NCBI GenBank assembly: GCA_042218325.1
Contig: JBDGRE010000003.1
Location: 1-10,206 of the forward strand
Source of the DNA: Candidatus Nanohaloarchaea archaeon
GTDB lineage: Archaea; Nanohalarchaeota; Nanosalinia; Nanosalinales; Nanosalinaceae
Reading direction: 5' to 3'
DNA: 10,206 bases
Shown piece after piece: positions 6,788 through 10,206 of the stretch. Position 1 is the first letter of the stretch. The number at the start of each line of letters is the position of its first letter. The notes under the pieces were generated by a model that was given only the letters and a program-made list of their open reading frames with translations, was not told where the DNA came from and did no database searches. The translations under genes were made by a program, and so were the position numbers.

Positions 6788-6843
6788 TTCGAAAATCATA
6801 GATTTTCTGGACTCGCAGAAAACGCCGAAGGTGTTTTCGAGTG
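6788..6843. repeat. Twin-hairpin cassette copy C between rps13 and rps4
   Basis: GAAAATC-ATA-GATTTTC (6791-6807), 10-nt spacer TGGACTCGCA, GAAAACGCC-GAA-GGTGTTTTC (6818-6838); terminal inverted repeat TCGAAAA/TTTTCGA; TG on both sides. Confidence 0.7.
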
Positions 6844-7413
6844 GTAAAGAAACTGAAGAAGCAGTACGACACTCCGAACGAGGGCTGGGACGAGGAACGT
6901 ATCAACCGTGAAATCCAGCTCATGGACGACTACGGTCTCACGAACAAGCGCGAGATTTACAAGGCGCAGAGCCAGCTACGCGACCTTCGACAGGAGGCCC
7001 GTGAACTGGTAGCGTCCGAGAACGAGACTGAGAGAAAGGAGCTGATCGAGAAAGCCAACAGGCTGGGCCTTGTAAGAGATAATGCCGGGCTTGAAGACAT
7101 ACTATCGCTCAACCTCACCGACCTGCTCGACCGGAGGCTGCAGACCGCCGTCAACAGGCGCGGCTACACCGACACGGTCAGGGAGGCACGCCAGCTCGTG
7201 GTCCACGGACACTTATACGTCGACGGGCAGCGCGTGAACGTCCCCGGATACCTGCTGACACAGGAAGAAGAGAAAGAAATCGAAGTCAGGAGGCCAGAGC
7301 CCTCTGAAGAACAGGAAGAGAAGGAAACAGAGGAAGCAGGCGAAGAAGAGCAGGAAGATGAAACAGAGTCTGAAAAACCGGAAGAAACAGCAGACGAGGA
7401 AGAGGAGGAATAG
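6841..7413 (+). CDS. rps4: 30S ribosomal protein uS4 with acidic C-terminal tail
   Basis: KKQYDTP, YGLTNKREI, LLDRRLQT and ARQLVVHGH..VDG..VNVPGY motifs; GTG start preceded by AGGTG at 6829-6833. Confidence 0.97.
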   Translation: MVKKLKKQYDTPNEGWDEERINREIQLMDDYGLTNKREIYKAQSQLRDLRQEARELVASENETERKELIEKANRLGLVRDNAGLEDILSLNLTDLLDRRLQTAVNRRGYTDTVREARQLVVHGHLYVDGQRVNVPGYLLTQEEEKEIEVRRPEPSEEQEEKETEEAGEEEQEDETESEKPEETADEEEEE

Positions 7414-7416
7414 AAG

Positions 7417-7797
7417 ATGGCAAAAGGTATCGTAAACATCTACTCGAGCTTCAACAACACCATAATCCACGTAACGGACGCCACAGGAGCCGAGACCATC
7501 TCCCGCATCACGGCAGGGATGGCGACCGACAAAGGCCGGCTGCAGGGAGAGGCTTTCCCGGCGATGAAGGCAGCGAAGCAGGCGTCCGAAGAGGCAATCG
7601 AGAAGGGTATCGACGAGGTCGATATCCAAGTAAGAGCCCCCGGCGGACAGAAGCAGAAGATGCCGGGCAAGGGAGCACAGCCAGCCATAAGAGCCATCTC
7701 CCGCAGCGAGCTCGACGTAGGAAACATCGAGGACGTAACACCGGAGCCGCACGACGGCTGCAGGGCGAAGGGCGGCAAGCGGGGTAGAAGAGTATGA
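7417..7797 (+). CDS. rps11: 30S ribosomal protein uS11
   Basis: [30 protein letters not shown] and [20 protein letters not shown] motifs. Confidence 0.98.
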   Translation: MAKGIVNIYSSFNNTIIHVTDATGAETISRITAGMATDKGRLQGEAFPAMKAAKQASEEAIEKGIDEVDIQVRAPGGQKQKMPGKGAQPAIRAISRSELDVGNIEDVTPEPHDGCRAKGGKRGRRV

Positions 7798-8366
7798 ACG
7801 TAACGATAGAAGATGAAGACGGCGACGTCATGGAGATGCGCCTCGAGGACTCCAACGAGGCGATAGCCAACACGCTCAGGAGAGCCATGATGACGAAGGT
7901 ACCAACGCTCGCAGTCGAGGAGCTGCGTGTCGCGAAGAACGAGTCGGCGCTCTTCGACGAGGTCCTGGCGAACAGGGTCGGACAGGTCCCGTTCACCATA
8001 CCAGACAACGTGGACGAGGAAGACACCGTAAATATAGCCCTGAAGCAGGAAGGGCCGGGAACCGTTCTCGCCGAAGATCTAGTAGCAGAAAACGACGAGG
8101 CCGAGCCCGTCAACCCGGAGACCGCCATAGTAGAGCTCAAGGAAGACCAGGCGCTTGAGTTCGAGGCCGATGCCAGACTCGGCAGGGGCTCGGAGCACGC
8201 CAAGCACCAAGGCGGAACGATCGGCTACGAAAAGGTCGACGACGGCGAATTCCTCTTCCGGATCGAATCGACCTCGGGCTACAGCAACCTTGAACTCGTC
8301 GAGGCAGCGATCTCAGAGGTAAAAGAAGAGCTCGACAGTTTCGAGGAAGCATTAGAGGAGCTTTAA
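7794..8366 (+). CDS. rpoD: DNA-directed RNA polymerase subunit Rpo3 (D), short form
   Basis: [41 protein letters not shown] and FRIESTSG motifs; conserved position after rps11. Confidence 0.96.
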   Translation: MNVTIEDEDGDVMEMRLEDSNEAIANTLRRAMMTKVPTLAVEELRVAKNESALFDEVLANRVGQVPFTIPDNVDEEDTVNIALKQEGPGTVLAEDLVAENDEAEPVNPETAIVELKEDQALEFEADARLGRGSEHAKHQGGTIGYEKVDDGEFLFRIESTSGYSNLELVEAAISEVKEELDSFEEALEEL

Positions 8367-8417
8367 ACAGCAACCTTCTTCTTTAACTTTACAGTTCATT
8401 CCTTTATACAGGTTCAA

Positions 8418-8551
8418 GCCGGGGTTGCCGAGCCAGGCCAAAGGCGACGGACTCAAGAACTCAGGTTCTCGACCTCCGAAGAACGAGGACCAAGAGTTAG
8501 GAGGCATCCGTTCCCGTAGAGGGTTCCGGAGTTCAAATCTCCGCCCCGGCA
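8418..8551 (+). tRNA. tRNA-Leu(CAA) with 48-nt intron at 37/38 (intron 8458-8505)
   Basis: Acceptor GCCGGGG/CCCCGGC with A73; anticodon stem ACGGA/TCCGT; CAA at 8454-8456; long variable arm; CGGAG-TTCAAAT-CTCCG T arm; relaxed BHB (CTC/GAG, bulge GC|A, intron stem AACTC/GAGTT). Confidence 0.94.
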
Positions 8552-8574
8552 AACCGATACCTGCACCAGACCTG

Positions 8575-8592
8575 TTTTAGGAAGGCCTAAAA
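8575..8592. promoter_or_regulatory. Palindrome TTTTAGG-AAGG-CCTAAAA, candidate DtxR-family operator
   Basis: Perfect 7-4-7 inverted repeat 29-46 nt upstream of ATG 8621; contains the TTAGG-N4-CCTAA core. Confidence 0.45.
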
Positions 8593-8620
8593 AGATATCT
8601 CATTATCCTTTTTCCTGCCG

Positions 8621-8911
8621 ATGAGCAATAGCAAGGAGTTCTTCGACAGCATAGAGGATAGTCTCGAAGAACGACGGGCGGGAGATATGCAGGGCACGGA
8701 GGAGATCCTTGAGAGAACTCCGTACGAACAGTTCGGGCTTTCCTACGAAGAGGCCGCAAGCTACGTGGACGAGGTCAGGAATAGTAACTGGAGAGACCGG
8801 TTCGAAGACATGGAGGATGCGGTCTACCGCCGCCTGCTACAGGAGGAGACTGGTGCGGACGAAAGAACGGACAGCCCCAAGGCCCCGCAGTCACCGACAA
8901 CCCCTTTTTAA
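8621..8911 (+). CDS. Hypothetical acidic protein
   Basis: 96 aa, ATG start, D/E-rich like the host proteins; fills the gap between tRNA-Leu and the rpl18e promoter; no motif recognised. Confidence 0.7.
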   Translation: MSNSKEFFDSIEDSLEERRAGDMQGTEEILERTPYEQFGLSYEEAASYVDEVRNSNWRDRFEDMEDAVYRRLLQEETGADERTDSPKAPQSPTTPF

Positions 8912-9017
8912 AACTTGAACTTGATTTGGTGGATACAACCGCAAAGTGGTCGGAGGCCGGAAGGTCTTCTTGAGCGGAGCTTGCAGGCAGAAGCTCGCGG
9001 CCGCGAGGTGCATCATA
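8905..9017 (+). promoter_or_regulatory. TATA box and structured 5' leader of rpl18e-rpl13-rps9
   Basis: TTTTTAAAA at 8905-8913; consecutive hairpins 8938-9009, two with GNRA loops; SD GAGGTG at 9005-9010. Confidence 0.55.
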
Positions 9018-9368
9018 ATGGACAAGAAAGCAGACCCGACCAATCCCGTACTTGTGGAGACACTGGAAGTTCTCAAGGAGCAGGAGGCTCCTGTATGGAA
9101 AACCGTACGCGAACATCTTGGAAAAGTCAACAGGCAGCGACCCGAGGTAAACATTTCTGATATCGAAAGGGTAGCTGAAGACGGTGAAACAGTAGTAGTT
9201 CCGGGTAAAGTCTTGGGGTCCGGCCGCCTGACGAAGGAGGTCGAAGTCGCCGCTTTCAAGGCGTCAAGAGGCGCGAAGCAGAAGATAGGTGAGGAAGGCG
9301 AGTTCATGTTCATCCAGGACCTCGTGGAAGAAAACCCGGAAGGTGAAGAGGTGAGGATAGTCAAATGA
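9018..9368 (+). CDS. rpl18e: 50S ribosomal protein eL18
   Basis: 116 aa from ATG 9018 (SD GAGGTG 7 nt upstream); TNPVL, APVWK, EVNISDI and VVVPGKVLGSG motifs. Confidence 0.97.
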   Translation: MDKKADPTNPVLVETLEVLKEQEAPVWKTVREHLGKVNRQRPEVNISDIERVAEDGETVVVPGKVLGSGRLTKEVEVAAFKASRGAKQKIGEEGEFMFIQDLVEENPEGEEVRIVK

Positions 9369-9796
9369 AGGTTATCAACGCAGAGAACAGGGTTATCGGC
9401 CGTCTCGCGTCCGAGATCGCGAGAAAGGTCCAGGACGGGGAAGAAGTCCGCGTAGTCAACTCGGAGAAGGCTGTTATATCCGGCGACGAAGAAGACGTCA
9501 AGGCCGACTACAGGCAGAAGCACGAGAGAGGTGCACGCCATGACGGGCCTTACTTCCCGGAGAGACCTGACAAGATACTGAAGAGAACGGTTCGAGGCAT
9601 GCTTCCGTACAAGTCCAAGGAGGGCAAGGAAGCTTTCAAGCGCGTCAAGACCTACCTCGGTATCCCGACGGAGATAGAGGAAAGCGATGTAGAGGAGATC
9701 GAGGTCAAGTCGGGCGACGAGCTGAAGAACCGGAACTATGTAAAACTTGGCGAAGTATCACGTTCCATCGGCTGGAAGCCGAGGGTGGAAAAATAA
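9365..9796 (+). CDS. rpl13: 50S ribosomal protein uL13
   Basis: VINAE..IGRLAS.IA, VVNSEKAVISG and GPYFPERPDKILKRTVRGMLPYK motifs. Confidence 0.98.
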   Translation: MKVINAENRVIGRLASEIARKVQDGEEVRVVNSEKAVISGDEEDVKADYRQKHERGARHDGPYFPERPDKILKRTVRGMLPYKSKEGKEAFKRVKTYLGIPTEIEESDVEEIEVKSGDELKNRNYVKLGEVSRSIGWKPRVEK

Positions 9797-9797
9797 G

Positions 9798-10206
9798 ATG
9801 CCAGATGAGAGTACGTTCGGAACAGGAAAGCGGAAGACCGCCAAAGCACGTGCAAGCGTGAAGGACGGCGAAGGAACACTGAGAATCAACTCCAGACCGC
9901 TACATACATACCCTGAAAGCGCCCAGCAGCGTATCAAGGAGCCTCTCACCATCGCAGGACCGGAGATAGTCGACGGCATCGACATCCGCATCAACGTGAA
10001 TGGCGGCGGAGTGCAGGGCCAGGCAGAGGCCGCAAGGATGGCCATCGCACGCGCACTTGTAGAATACACGGGCAGTGACGACCTGGAGCGCGACTTCCTC
10101 GACTACGACCGCAACATGCTGGTAGAGGACCCAAGACGCACCGAGACGAGAAAACCTTCACAGTCGAGCAAAGGCGCTCGGCACAAGCAGCAGAAGTCCT
10201 ACAGGT
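9798..10206 (+). CDS. rps9: 30S ribosomal protein uS9 (stop codon cut by window edge)
   Basis: Absent from the ORF track because there is no complete stop. Reads MPDESTFGTGKRKTAKARA...NGGGVQGQAEAARMAIARAL...QQKSYR, then a final T. Confidence 0.97.
   Translation, partial: MPDESTFGTGKRKTAKARASVKDGEGTLRINSRPLHTYPESAQQRIKEPLTIAGPEIVDGIDIRINVNGGGVQGQAEAARMAIARALVEYTGSDDLERDFLDYDRNMLVEDPRRTETRKPSQSSKGARHKQQKSYR

Noticed and set aside
6130-6843. Cassettes B and C as BHB-spliced mRNA introns
   Set aside because: I could not build a bulge-helix-bulge at either pair of junctions that restores the reading frame; not formally excluded without RNA data.
8946-9017. N-terminal extension of eL18 from GTG 8946 (likewise TTG 6270 for uS13 and 4166 for the DtxR gene)
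   Set aside because: Family similarity starts at the downstream ATGs (9018, 6297, 4304); the extensions overlap promoters, leaders or other genes.
1-10206. CRISPR array, transposase or integrase
   Set aside because: No regularly spaced repeats and no recombinase-like ORF in the window.

Overview
Core-genome window from an extremely halophilic archaeon. The proteins are strongly Asp/Glu-rich and the ribosomal proteins are divergent; Nanohaloarchaeota/DPANN is my inference, not a database result. All genes I accept lie on the + strand. Order: EF-1alpha, uS10, intron-containing tRNA-Ser(TGA), CBS protein, CPA2 antiporter, tRNA-Gln(CTG), small Zn-finger protein, DtxR/MntR regulator, intron-containing tRNA-Gln(TTG), two related small membrane proteins, parvulin, uS13, uS4, uS11, Rpo3/RpoD, intron-containing tRNA-Leu(CAA), an orphan ORF, eL18, uL13, and uS9 (stop codon cut by the window edge). 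The most unusual signal is non-coding. A family of roughly 45-60 nt twin-hairpin cassettes (C-GAAA..TTTC, 10-nt spacer, second hairpin) sits at gene and tRNA boundaries. Each copy lies next to a duplication of host sequence that leaves the host gene intact: a recoded parvulin C-terminus, a 20-codon linker ORF plus new SD/GTG between rps13 and rps4, and a duplicated tRNA-Ser 5' end. Also notable: a 143-nt potentially bistable tRNA-Ser intron, a structured rpl18e leader, and a DtxR-like operator in front of the orphan gene. All RNA structures were paired by eye; no folding program was run.
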